Shown in pieces: positions 35,716-44,899 of a stretch of DNA of 56,956 bases. The translations under genes were made by a program, and so were the position numbers. The notes under the pieces were generated by a model. That model had not been told where the DNA came from. It saw nothing but the letters and a program-made list of their open reading frames with translations, and made no database searches. How positions within the stretch are numbered: position 1 is the first letter of the stretch; each line of letters opens with the position of its first letter. This DNA comes from a virus (Duplodnaviria > Caudoviricetes), in IMG/VR virus record IMGVR_UViG_3300036791_000660, positions 1-56,956 of that record. The stretch is one strand, 5' to 3'.

Positions 35716-36849
35716 TCAGAGGGTGGTGCCCTGCTGGACCGGCGGCGCGTCCTGCTTGGTCAGCGCGAACAGGTCGAAGGCCGTGGTCCACGCCTCGCCG
35801 GTGGCCTGCCGGAAGCGGCCGTTGTGGTGCATCTCCTGCACCCGCCAGACGCCTTGGAAGACCGACTTGTCGCGCGACGGCGTCTGGATCGCGGCGATGC
35901 CGGCGGCCTTGGGGTTCGGCGTGGTCGTGTAGGGCTGTTGCAATTCCGTCGGCAGCTTCACGAAGTCGAGGCACTGGATGTCGCCGCGCATCATGGTGAT
36001 GATGCTGATCGTGTAGGCGTTCTTCCATGCCGGCTGGCCGATCAGGTCGTTGAACACGATCTGCTTCGGCTTATCGACGCTGCTGCCGCCGGTCGGCGAC
36101 TCGTTCTGGGCGGCGTCGCTGACATAGATCGTCTTATCCTGCGTGAGGAACTGCACGCCGTAGTAGGGCGAGCCGTTGACGCCCTTCAGGCTGGAGAACG
36201 GACTGCCGGGCAGGGTGCCGTTGGTGTACTTCCTGATCCAGTCGCCCATCTCCGACAGGTTCTGGGCCTGATGGAGGACTTGCCCCGGTGTCTGGAGGTC
36301 GTCGCTGACCTTGCCTTTCACCGTGTACGCACCCGCGCCATAGGTGCCATCGACCATCTGCCGGATCGCGCCGACGAAGTCGAAACCGGGACTCCAGTTG
36401 AAGGTCAGCGGCTGGCCGACGAAGCTCTTGGGGTCGATGCTGTCGGCGATCAGCGGCACGATGGTGAAGTCGATGAAGGTCTGGTTGCCGACCCAGTTGC
36501 CCGAGCTTTGCCAGATCGTGCCCTTGACCAAGAGGTCGGGCAGGTACTGGAGCGACAGCGGAAAGTCGCCCTTGGTCATGCCGGCCCAGATCGAGATGGT
36601 CGCGCCTTGCAGGTCGGTGTCCTGCGCCACCTCCCGAATATCGACGCCATAGATGCGAATCCGTCCGCCTTGGCGCGGCAGGTCGTAGGTAAAGACCGGC
36701 AGGTCGATCACGATGTCGAGCGCCGACGAGTTCGGGCTGCCGTTGATCACCGAGGTGTAGGACGCATCCTTGACGCTGGCGGGAAGCGACGACGACTGCC
36801 AGACCTCGGTCTGGCCGTGCTTGGTTATCGCAATTTTGTAATATCTCAC
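35716..36849 (-). CDS. Baseplate hub protein
   Basis: GTG start overlapping the upstream stop; DLIGQPAW, MRGDI and H.GRFRQ..W.T motifs; synteny. Confidence 0.7.
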   Translation of the reverse strand: MRYYKIAITKHGQTEVWQSSSLPASVKDASYTSVINGSPNSSALDIVIDLPVFTYDLPRQGGRIRIYGVDIREVAQDTDLQGATISIWAGMTKGDFPLSLQYLPDLLVKGTIWQSSGNWVGNQTFIDFTIVPLIADSIDPKSFVGQPLTFNWSPGFDFVGAIRQMVDGTYGAGAYTVKGKVSDDLQTPGQVLHQAQNLSEMGDWIRKYTNGTLPGSPFSSLKGVNGSPYYGVQFLTQDKTIYVSDAAQNESPTGGSSVDKPKQIVFNDLIGQPAWKNAYTISIITMMRGDIQCLDFVKLPTELQQPYTTTPNPKAAGIAAIQTPSRDKSVFQGVWRVQEMHHNGRFRQATGEAWTTAFDLFALTKQDAPPVQQGTTL

Positions 36850-37340
36850 GGGCTGATCTCGAACTGGTTGTTGGGCAGCCGGTAGATCAGCGAAGACTCG
36901 AAGAACGGCTTGGCGAGATCGAGCATGGCCGAGATCGTCCCGAGCAGAGTCGCTTGGCCGGGATTGGCCGCCAGTTGGTACTGGAAGGTGGTCGGGCCGG
37001 TGATGAAGACCATCGCGTCGGCCACGTTGTAGGCATCGGGCAGGCAGCCGGCGATGGTGAGCCTGAAGGTGTCGCCGATGCGCAGGTCCTGCGGCACCTC
37101 GGTGGTGCCCGAGACGCGGCCGTTGGCCCACGCCAGCGTCTGAATCTGCAGCCCGGTGCGCGTGCCGGTGAGCGCGCGATGGAAGATCAGGTTGCCGCCG
37201 AGGTCTTGCAGCGTGAGATACCAGCGCTGGCCGAAGATGTTCCACGTCACGCTGGCCGAGTAGACCTGCCCGTCGAGCGTCGGGTTGAAGGCGAACGGCG
37301 GGGCGCCGGGGCCGGGCTGGAAGTCGATGATCGTGGCCAT
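36846..37340 (-). CDS. Baseplate protein with an inserted beta module
   Basis: F.F.PTLDG..Y...VTWNIFGQRWY. Confidence 0.65.
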   Translation of the reverse strand: MATIIDFQPGPGAPPFAFNPTLDGQVYSASVTWNIFGQRWYLTLQDLGGNLIFHRALTGTRTGLQIQTLAWANGRVSGTTEVPQDLRIGDTFRLTIAGCLPDAYNVADAMVFITGPTTFQYQLAANPGQATLLGTISAMLDLAKPFFESSLIYRLPNNQFEISP

Positions 37341-38092
37341 CAGTGCGCCGCCGAATAGGACGGAGTGCCGACGACGGGCAGCGGCGTGTTGGTCGCGACC
37401 GGCACGATGGCCGACGTGCCCGGCGGGGCGCCTCCGGCGACGGCGCTGGTCTGCAGGCCGCTGAGCGGCGGCTGGCCGATCACCTGCTTGCCGCCGTTGG
37501 CGGCGTCGAGGATGTCGTTCAACTGGCTGGTGATGCCCTGCGCGTCGTCCAGCGTGATCAGCGGCTTCTCGAAGTCGAGCGCCCACGAGGTCTGCACCTG
37601 CTTGGTGCCCGACGAGGAAGTATCACGCATCGAGCGCATCACGCAGTTGGCGTAGAGGAACGACGGCGTCAGGCAGTGATAGAGGCCGCCTTGGCGGTTG
37701 TGCTGCTCGAACGCCGTCTGCAACAGCATCATCACCGGCAGCTTGGTGAACATGCCGAGCGCACCGCGTGCCGGGCAGATCATCTGGTAGGTGATCGACA
37801 GCGGCTTGGTCAGCGCCGAGTTGGCGGCCGTCACTTGATTTGCGAACGGGTAGTGGGCGATGTCCTGATCAATCATCGTCGCGCCGGGCATCGGCGTGTA
37901 ATGGCAGAAGCAGTTGTCGAGGCTGATGCCCTCGGGCGCGGTCAGCAGGCCCGTCGCGAAGTTGACGGCTTCTGTCAGCGCGATGATCGGCATCATCTGG
38001 AACGGAAAGTTCTTGAAGATGCCGCCCTTGAAGATGATCGGCGAAAGCTCGAAGGCGAGCTTCCATGCGTTGTAGCCCACGGTGCCAGCCAT
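37340..38092 (-). CDS. Tail-tube initiator / Dit-like protein
   Basis: Immediately after the tape measure; YPFANQVTAAN and W.LDFEKPLI motifs. Confidence 0.65.
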   Translation of the reverse strand: MAGTVGYNAWKLAFELSPIIFKGGIFKNFPFQMMPIIALTEAVNFATGLLTAPEGISLDNCFCHYTPMPGATMIDQDIAHYPFANQVTAANSALTKPLSITYQMICPARGALGMFTKLPVMMLLQTAFEQHNRQGGLYHCLTPSFLYANCVMRSMRDTSSSGTKQVQTSWALDFEKPLITLDDAQGITSQLNDILDAANGGKQVIGQPPLSGLQTSAVAGGAPPGTSAIVPVATNTPLPVVGTPSYSAAH

Positions 38093-38100
38093 CGCTCACC

Positions 38101-39972
38101 TCACAGCGGGAACGGTGGCGGCGCGAACGCCGCCTGTTCGAGCGACGCCACGACCGAGCCGCCAGTGGCATCGTTGATCGTGACGCCGGCACCGCCGGCC
38201 GGCGCGCCGCCGGCGTACATGTTGCCGCCGAGCGCACGCTCGCGCTGGGCCACCATCTGGGCGACGCTGACGCCGGATACCTTATCGGCCCAGCGTGACG
38301 ACACGCTGTAGGGCTGGCCGCTAGCCCACATCGAGAACACGTCGCGGCTGGTGTGATACTTGTTGAGATATTCGTTCACCATGGCGGACGCGATCTGGTC
38401 CTGCATGCCGGGGTTCGACAGGTACTCTTGCGGCGACACGGTGCGGCCGAGCACGCGGCGGCTCATGGTGGCCAGCGTGCCCGGCATCAGTTGATAGGCG
38501 CCGAGCGCACGGCCTTGCCCCGGCACGTTCGCGCCGAGGATGCCGTAGTTGCCGCTGCTCTCGAACTGCTTGATGACCTGAAGAATCTTCTCCGGGCTGG
38601 CGACGATCTCGCCCTCGTGGACGCGGGCGTCCATGTCGTGCGGCACCACGCCGCCTTCTTGGTAGGCCCCGGTCGTGCCGCCCGACGAACTCGACGGCTG
38701 ACCCGACGCCAGCCAGTCCTGATAGGGCATCGGATTGATGCCGAGCTTCATCGACTCCCGCTGGTAGGCGTCATAGCGCCGCTTGTTGATGCGGTCGCGC
38801 TGCCAGCCCGGCATCTCCTCGGTGGTCGGCATGAAGCCGGGATTGCTGCGCAGCAGGTCGGGCGTGCTGGTGGGCGCGGCCGGCGGCGTGCCCGGCGCAC
38901 CCGTGAACCGCGCGATGAACTCGTAGATCGCCTTGCCGGCCTCAAACAGGCCCTTGGCGAACTTCTCGATGTAGTCCGGCAGCTTCTCCATGAACTCCTT
39001 GAACTCGGGCCGCTGCACCCACTCGCCGATCTTCTTCACGAACACCTCGGCGAAATGCTCCAGCGCCGGCAGGAGCGGCGTCAGGCCCTCGGCGATCAGC
39101 TTCCGCAACCGGCCGGTCACATCTTCCAGCGCGTCCTTGAACTCGCTCCACGCCTTCTCGGCGCCCTCGCGGATGCCGTACTTGCCGACGCCCGCCGTGA
39201 CGCTCTGTTCCTGCTTGGTGATGTCGGCGTCGCTCATGCCGACGGCGCGCTGGACATCCTGCGTGCTCAGCACGCCGCTCAGCCCCATCGCCTCCAGTTG
39301 CCCGGCCCACATGCCCTTGTTGACGCCGCCGAACTTGGACTTCAGCGCCCGGTTGAGGCCCCGGATGTTCTGGAACGCGCCGGCCTCGGGATTGAGCCCG
39401 AGCGCCCGCATGCCGATGTAGGCCGGGCTGCCGATGTCGGCCTGCGCGCCCGCGAAGGCGTCCATCAGCCCTTCGACGTTCATGCCGGTGCCGCCCAAGC
39501 CGATGCGCAGTGACTCGATCTGGCCGGGCGCCATGCCGAGCCCGGCGCGCGTCGCCCGCGTGCCCCGGATCGCATCGGCGAGCTTGTCGAGGCCAAATAG
39601 CAGGCCGCCGCCACCAACCGCACCCGAGATGCCGGCCCACCGCATGAAGCCGAGGCTGGCGTCCTTGATGTGGATCGCGAAGCTCTTGGCGTGCTCGCGC
39701 AGCTTGCCCCACGACACCACCGAATCGCGGGCGTGCACCGCCACGTCCTTGTGGTGGGCGACGATCTGGCGGCCGAGGCTGGCCTGCGCCGTCATCGCCG
39801 CCGTCATCCTCGACATATTTTCCATCGCCGCGCGCTGCTCGGCGGTGACGTTCTTCCAGTCCTTCGGCGTCTGCGCCAGCATCTTGGAGTATTTGGCGAA
39901 GGCGTCTTGGAAGCGCTTGAACTGTTGCTCGTTGACTTCAATGTCAACGACTGATTTTGCGTTTACTGCCAC
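38101..39972 (-). CDS. Tape measure protein with a C-terminal lysozyme-like domain
   Basis: GTG start 5 nt after GGAGG; helical body; FESSGNY..ALGAYQLMP.T..QD motif. Confidence 0.8.
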   Translation of the reverse strand: MAVNAKSVVDIEVNEQQFKRFQDAFAKYSKMLAQTPKDWKNVTAEQRAAMENMSRMTAAMTAQASLGRQIVAHHKDVAVHARDSVVSWGKLREHAKSFAIHIKDASLGFMRWAGISGAVGGGGLLFGLDKLADAIRGTRATRAGLGMAPGQIESLRIGLGGTGMNVEGLMDAFAGAQADIGSPAYIGMRALGLNPEAGAFQNIRGLNRALKSKFGGVNKGMWAGQLEAMGLSGVLSTQDVQRAVGMSDADITKQEQSVTAGVGKYGIREGAEKAWSEFKDALEDVTGRLRKLIAEGLTPLLPALEHFAEVFVKKIGEWVQRPEFKEFMEKLPDYIEKFAKGLFEAGKAIYEFIARFTGAPGTPPAAPTSTPDLLRSNPGFMPTTEEMPGWQRDRINKRRYDAYQRESMKLGINPMPYQDWLASGQPSSSSGGTTGAYQEGGVVPHDMDARVHEGEIVASPEKILQVIKQFESSGNYGILGANVPGQGRALGAYQLMPGTLATMSRRVLGRTVSPQEYLSNPGMQDQIASAMVNEYLNKYHTSRDVFSMWASGQPYSVSSRWADKVSGVSVAQMVAQRERALGGNMYAGGAPAGGAGVTINDATGGSVVASLEQAAFAPPPFPL

Positions 39973-39992
39973 GACACCCTCCATTGAGGGCA

Positions 39993-40094
39993 GAGGATGG
40001 CAGCCGTGAAGCCACCATCCTCCCTTGCCGTGCCTCGACATGCCTCAACACGACACGCCCTGCATTGCAGCGCCTTGCCACGTCGCGCCATGTC
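39993..40094 (-). ncRNA. Stand-alone GGY-NN repeat cassette B (putative guide RNA) with 3' hairpin
   Basis: 14 in-phase pentamers (40094 down to 40025), then a GAGGATGG...CCATCCTC hairpin; TTGACA at 40129-40124. Confidence 0.8.
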
Positions 40095-40255
40095 TGATGC
40101 CAGAGACCGCATTGGACAGGAGGTGTCAATCATGGCCTACCCCCGACGTAGCAGTGCCACGAGATGGCGGTGCCGGTAGTCGTGCGCGGTGCGCCACTCG
40201 AACTCGGGCGTGCGGTCGGCGAACACGTCCACGAAGCCCTCGGTGACGATCCAGT

Positions 40256-40831
40256 CTAAACAGGAATGGAAGACGGATTCGCCGTCTCGCCAATACTCAC
40301 GGCCGGCGTCGATGTCGGCAAAGAACTGCGGTAGTCCGTACAGGTGGAGGAGGTGATCCGCGAACCGGACGCCGCGAACAGCGGGTAGATCATGTCCCGG
40401 CGCTCCGAGGGCGTGTGCGCCCACGAAGCTCCCGTAAAAAAAACCAGTTGGTTCCTGATGTTCTGCGCGTCGTCGTCGTTGATCAGCTTGTCGCTGATCG
40501 ACTTCTCGAAGGGCAGCATCTGCCAGCCGCCGCTGCCATCCGGGGCAAGGACGTTGGTCAGTCGCCAGATTTCGGCAAGGAGGTGTTGCTCGACGTTCGG
40601 GCGGTTCATCTTGGCCGCCGCGTCTTGCAGCATCAGGAGGCCCACGCGGGGCATCATGAAGGGGGCGATGCCTTCCTCGTACATGGCCGACATCATGCGG
40701 CTCAGCACGAGGAAGTTCGCCTCGTAAATCTCGCGCCTGACCGGCGTCGAGTGGACGAAGATGTCTTGGCCTTTTTCGTCCGTCACCGTGAAGACGATGT
40801 TCAGCTTGCGGTCGATCTGCGGGTCTGCCAT
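40256..40831 (-). CDS. Tail assembly chaperone
   Basis: Between tube and tape measure; a -1-frame ORF (to 40137) overlaps its 3' part. Confidence 0.7.
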   Translation of the reverse strand: MADPQIDRKLNIVFTVTDEKGQDIFVHSTPVRREIYEANFLVLSRMMSAMYEEGIAPFMMPRVGLLMLQDAAAKMNRPNVEQHLLAEIWRLTNVLAPDGSGGWQMLPFEKSISDKLINDDDAQNIRNQLVFFTGASWAHTPSERRDMIYPLFAASGSRITSSTCTDYRSSLPTSTPAVSIGETANPSSIPV

Positions 40832-40887
40832 GGGGTCTGCCTTTCTGTCTATGCCCTCATTTGAGGGCGTACCTAACTAGAGTCTAA

Positions 40888-41340
40888 TTAGGTCTCCCAC
40901 AGGAGCGAGTTGATCAGGACGTAGCCGCGCATCGAGACGCGGAAGCCGGCATCGGTGCCGGAGAACGCCTGCTCGGCGACGTTCTCGATGGCGCAGTTGA
41001 TCAGTTGGTAGATGCCGATGCCGGGCGAGTTGAGCGGCACGTCGGGGTGAACCTGCCCGTCGCCGATCATCGCATCGCTCTCCATCTTGGCCTTGTAGAG
41101 TTGGGCAAGCTGCTGGGTCTTCAGCAGCGCCATCGTCATGGTGAACATCTGGTAGGGCTCGGGGCTGGTGACCGCGCCGGTCATCGACGGCAGGAACACC
41201 GTGGTGCCGCCGTCGAGCGCGAGCCGGATGCCTTCGGCCCCCAGATAGGACGCCGTGACGTTAAGGTCGGGGAAGTCGGGCCAGATGACCGACGCCCGCA
41301 GCCGGTTCAGCGAGCCTTGCGCAACAAGCGGATTCGCCAT
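40888..41340 (-). CDS. Tail tube protein
   Basis: MANPLVAQGSLNRLRAS..LP.MTG.VTSPEPY; follows the sheath. Confidence 0.75.
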   Translation of the reverse strand: MANPLVAQGSLNRLRASVIWPDFPDLNVTASYLGAEGIRLALDGGTTVFLPSMTGAVTSPEPYQMFTMTMALLKTQQLAQLYKAKMESDAMIGDGQVHPDVPLNSPGIGIYQLINCAIENVAEQAFSGTDAGFRVSMRGYVLINSLLWET

Positions 41341-41358
41341 GTCTGTCTCCCTTCAGCC

Positions 41359-43008
41359 CTACGCCGCCGCGACGAAGTCGGTGACGTTGATGTGAAAGAT
41401 GATGTGCTCGAAGCCCCGCGCCGGCGTGTAGACCATGGTCAGCCCGCCGTACTTGCCGATCTTGTAGTCGCCGGGGTTCTTCGACAGGTACGAGGTGAAG
41501 GGGTCGGCATCGACCGCCACCTGCCCGGCGTAGAGGCCCTTGTTCACGTTGATGATGAACTGGTCCTCGGGCAGCGTGAGCGGGATCACCCGGCCGATGG
41601 CGAGGCCGACCGAGATCGCGGTGGCCCCGGTCGAGGCGGCGACCGCCAGCAGGCGGTTGATGCCGTCCTGATTGTAGTAGAGCGGGTTCACCGTGGTGTT
41701 GCTGCCATTGATGATGGCGTTGCTGATGTTCAGGTCGATGTTGATCTGCATCCAATCGACGGAATACCAGTAGTTGAACGGCCGGGCGTCCAGCGTGTGG
41801 CCGAACTTCAGGATGTTGTCGCTGATGCCGCCCTCGGCGCCGAAGCCGACGATGTTGATGCTGGCCGCCTCCAGTGCGTCCATCACCGCTTGGTTGCCCG
41901 GTGACGGGAACGTCGTGACGCCGAACAGGAACGAGTAGCTGTAGGGCGGCACGCGGCTCGTGGAGGACGGGCTGTAGTTCAGCGTCACCCACCACGCGGC
42001 GGCCATCGAGAACTCGGTCGGCGGCACGCCGGCTGACGGATAGACCTGCTGTTGCAGGAAGCCCAGCGTGGTCTCTGCCCCCGGATTGGCGTCGAGCGCG
42101 TAGACCAGCGCCGTGCCGGTGGTGCCGGGTTGGGCGACGAAGGTGCCGTTGTAGGCCGCCGGCACCATGCCGATCACGGTGAAGGTCTGGCCGGGCTTGA
42201 CGGTGTGGTTGGTGGTGGTCTGCAGCGTGACCAGTCCGGCCGACCACGCGGCGCTGACGATGGCGTTGCGCGGCCACGCGCCGTAGCTCGGGGCCTCGAT
42301 CAGGGCGACCACGTCCTTCATCAGCGGCGTGTACGCGGTGTAGCTGCCGAGCGTGGTGGTGACGAAGAAGTAGGTCTTGCCGGTCGGGCTCTCGAACTGG
42401 GCGATCAGCGACAGGAACTCCGGCACCCCGTCCCATTCGCGCGGCACGAGGTAGCTGTAGAACATCTGCGCGTTGTCGTTCATGAACTGCTGGAGGTTGG
42501 CGACGCCCTGCGCCGGCGTGCCAGCCCCCAGTTCGAGCACGTAGCAGCCCTGCTGGAAGCCCTGCGCGAAGAACGTGTTCACCATCGCCTGAAGCTCGCC
42601 GGCGGCCGGCGACGTGAAGGTGCCGACTGTCGTCACCGTGCCCGGATTGGTGGCGAGGTAGTAGGTGAAGGACGAGGCACCGCTGGCCTGTGCCATGAAC
42701 TGGCCGTTGTACTGGGCCGGCACGACGCCCGCGATGGTCACCGGGAACAGGTCGCCGATCTCTGCGCCATGCGGCAGCGTGGTGTTGACCGTCACCTGCC
42801 CGCCATAGGCGGCGCTCCAAGCGAGCGAGGCCATGGCGGCCGGTGGCGCGATGATGTTGGTGAGGTCGGACGGCTGCTGAAGCAGCGTCGTGGAGCCGAC
42901 CGGCAGGACGGTGCCGCCTTGGCTCAGCATCGCTCCCATCTTCTGGAGCGTGTTGGGCGTCGGGGCCTGCGTCTGCGTGACATCGACAAGGACAATGGGA
43001 TTCGCCAT
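41359..43008 (-). CDS. Tail sheath protein
   Basis: FNYWYSVDWMQIN..SNAIINGSN..NPLYYNQDGINRL. Confidence 0.8.
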   Translation of the reverse strand: MANPIVLVDVTQTQAPTPNTLQKMGAMLSQGGTVLPVGSTTLLQQPSDLTNIIAPPAAMASLAWSAAYGGQVTVNTTLPHGAEIGDLFPVTIAGVVPAQYNGQFMAQASGASSFTYYLATNPGTVTTVGTFTSPAAGELQAMVNTFFAQGFQQGCYVLELGAGTPAQGVANLQQFMNDNAQMFYSYLVPREWDGVPEFLSLIAQFESPTGKTYFFVTTTLGSYTAYTPLMKDVVALIEAPSYGAWPRNAIVSAAWSAGLVTLQTTTNHTVKPGQTFTVIGMVPAAYNGTFVAQPGTTGTALVYALDANPGAETTLGFLQQQVYPSAGVPPTEFSMAAAWWVTLNYSPSSTSRVPPYSYSFLFGVTTFPSPGNQAVMDALEAASINIVGFGAEGGISDNILKFGHTLDARPFNYWYSVDWMQINIDLNISNAIINGSNTTVNPLYYNQDGINRLLAVAASTGATAISVGLAIGRVIPLTLPEDQFIINVNKGLYAGQVAVDADPFTSYLSKNPGDYKIGKYGGLTMVYTPARGFEHIIFHINVTDFVAAA

Positions 43009-43027
43009 GGAGGAGGTCTCCTGTCGA

Positions 43028-43309
43028 TCACGAGAAGACGACGTTGTAACTGCCCGTCAGCGGTGCCTTGACCGAGATGCCGACCGACGCCGAGGAGTTG
43101 AGCGGCAGCAACTGCCCGGCCACCATGGTGGCGGGGAAGCCCGCGATGGCGAGACCCGCGCCGCCGGTCGTGACATCGTTGATCAGGTCGATGGTGCCCG
43201 GCGTCAGGCAGAGCACGCTGACGACGGTGCCGGGCTTGGCCTTCAGCACCTGCACCGTGTTGAGGCCGCGCTTGATGCCGGCGGTCAGGAACATCTGGTT
43301 CTGCGGCAT
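43028..43309 (-). CDS. Small virion-associated protein
   Basis: AGGAG RBS; beta-rich. Confidence 0.6.
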   Translation of the reverse strand: MPQNQMFLTAGIKRGLNTVQVLKAKPGTVVSVLCLTPGTIDLINDVTTGGAGLAIAGFPATMVAGQLLPLNSSASVGISVKAPLTGSYNVVFS

Positions 43310-43327
43310 GGCTTCGTTCTCCTGCTT

Positions 43328-44389
43328 TTAAGGAACGGGGATGGGCACCTGTTCGAGGAAGGTGTCCTGCGCGTAGACCTTCGCGAACGCCTCGGTGATC
43401 AGTTGCCGGGCGATCTGGCGCATGGCGAACTGGTTGTAGGACACGTCGAGGATGATGTGCTTGCGCTCGGCGAGAACCAGCATCTCGGTCTGGAACTTCT
43501 TGTCGTCGCGGATCACGCCCATGACCCCCGCGATGCCGAACAGTTCGGTGTCGAGCGTGTACTGGTAGAGCGCGGCGAGGAAGTCCTGCGCCATCCGGTT
43601 GGTCGCCCCGTAGAGCGTGATGGTGACGCGATCCTGCGCAAGCTGGAGCGACGACATCGTGTCATCGAACGCCGGGGCCATCTGGAGGGCGACCGTCGAG
43701 TCGGGCTCGATGTGCACCGTGCCGAACGGCGGGCGCAGGTTCAGCCCGGACAGGAACGACGGGTAGAGCGTGATCGACGGGAACGGGATCAGCACCGGAT
43801 AGAGCGGCGCATAGCGGTTGATGGCGAGGAACGCCGGCAGCGAGTTCGAGACGATCAGCGCGTCCACGTCGAAGCCCGACGGGTCGTCAATGATCTGCGA
43901 CTCCATGTCGGCGTTGATCGCCTGTCCGACATAGTGGTGCAGGTTCGACTGCTGGAAGTAGCTGCCGCGCGCCGAGAAGGCGAAGCGGATGCCGTCGAAG
44001 GCGCCGATGTAAAGCTGGTTCGGGCTGATGACGTTGAAGTCTTGGATCGGGTCCTCGGCCGAGAAGATCACCCGGTTGGTCGCGTAGTTCTCGTCCAAGG
44101 TCTGGTGCAGGTCGGTGATGTAGTGCACCGCGCCCATGATGGTCTTGGTCGGCGCCGGCACCGTGACCGAGGCCGCCTGATTGAGCGCGAACGTGTTGAG
44201 CGGCCCGCCCTTGCCGAGCACCGCGCCCATGTTGACGGTCGCGGCCTTGATCCAGAACACGAAGCCGTCGGCCGGCAGCACGAGCCGATTGTAGAGCGTA
44301 AAAACAATCTCCTGATCGAGGTCGAGCGTGTCGAGGCCGGCTTTGAGCGCATTGCCCATCGCTGTTCGGATGCCGTCGTCAATCGCCAC
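43328..44389 (-). CDS. Head-tail joining / tail completion protein
   Basis: RLVLP.DGFVFWI and YFQQSNLHHY.G motifs; synteny. Confidence 0.6.
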   Translation of the reverse strand: MAIDDGIRTAMGNALKAGLDTLDLDQEIVFTLYNRLVLPADGFVFWIKAATVNMGAVLGKGGPLNTFALNQAASVTVPAPTKTIMGAVHYITDLHQTLDENYATNRVIFSAEDPIQDFNVISPNQLYIGAFDGIRFAFSARGSYFQQSNLHHYVGQAINADMESQIIDDPSGFDVDALIVSNSLPAFLAINRYAPLYPVLIPFPSITLYPSFLSGLNLRPPFGTVHIEPDSTVALQMAPAFDDTMSSLQLAQDRVTITLYGATNRMAQDFLAALYQYTLDTELFGIAGVMGVIRDDKKFQTEMLVLAERKHIILDVSYNQFAMRQIARQLITEAFAKVYAQDTFLEQVPIPVP

Positions 44390-44390
44390 G

Positions 44391-44720
44391 TCAGACCTGC
44401 ACCTTCCAGCCGTAGGCCGCCAAGTAGGCCGCCGTGTAGGCGATGCGATGGCCCTGCATGGGCGAGATCGGTGCCCACTGCTTGCTCGCCTTTTCCCAGC
44501 GCATCAACTTGCGCTCGTCGCCGCCCGGCGTGATCAGCCACATCATCGCGCCGTCCTCGGTGCCCTCGGGCGGCAGGCACTTGCTCTCCGGGTTGATCGT
44601 CACGGTCGGCATGGGCAGCGCGCCCGCGCGAATGTGGCCAACTCCCGGCACAAACATATGCTCGGTCTTGGCGGCCATCGCCTGCGCGTGCGGGCTCAGG
44701 ATTCGCGAGAGGTCAGGCAT
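44391..44720 (-). CDS. Hypothetical protein
   Basis: GAGG RBS; ORF between structural genes. Confidence 0.55.
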   Translation of the reverse strand: MPDLSRILSPHAQAMAAKTEHMFVPGVGHIRAGALPMPTVTINPESKCLPPEGTEDGAMMWLITPGGDERKLMRWEKASKQWAPISPMQGHRIAYTAAYLAAYGWKVQV

Positions 44721-44768
44721 CACTGCACCTCATTGACAAATGTTGGCGGATGCGGTCAGTCGTCGGCA

Positions 44769-44899
44769 GCCACGGCCAGTCGCGGGATGGCAAGGCCTGT
44801 CACGGCAGCGCTAGGCAGCGCCCGTCGTGGCTCGCCACGGCAAGGCGAGTCGGGGAAGGCACGGCACGGGGAGGGACGGCTCAGCGATGGGCCGTCCCT
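44769..44899 (+). ncRNA. Stand-alone GGY-NN repeat cassette C (putative guide RNA) with 3' hairpin
   Basis: 17 in-phase pentamers (44769-44853), a short tail, and an AGGGACGGC...GCCGTCCCT hairpin; TTGACA at 44733. Confidence 0.8.

Noticed and set aside
39973-40041. ORF-track N-terminal extension of the tape measure (and 49491-49604 for the scaffold)
   Set aside because: These extensions run through the repeat cassettes. RBS position and the decoded guides both support starts at 39972 and 49490.
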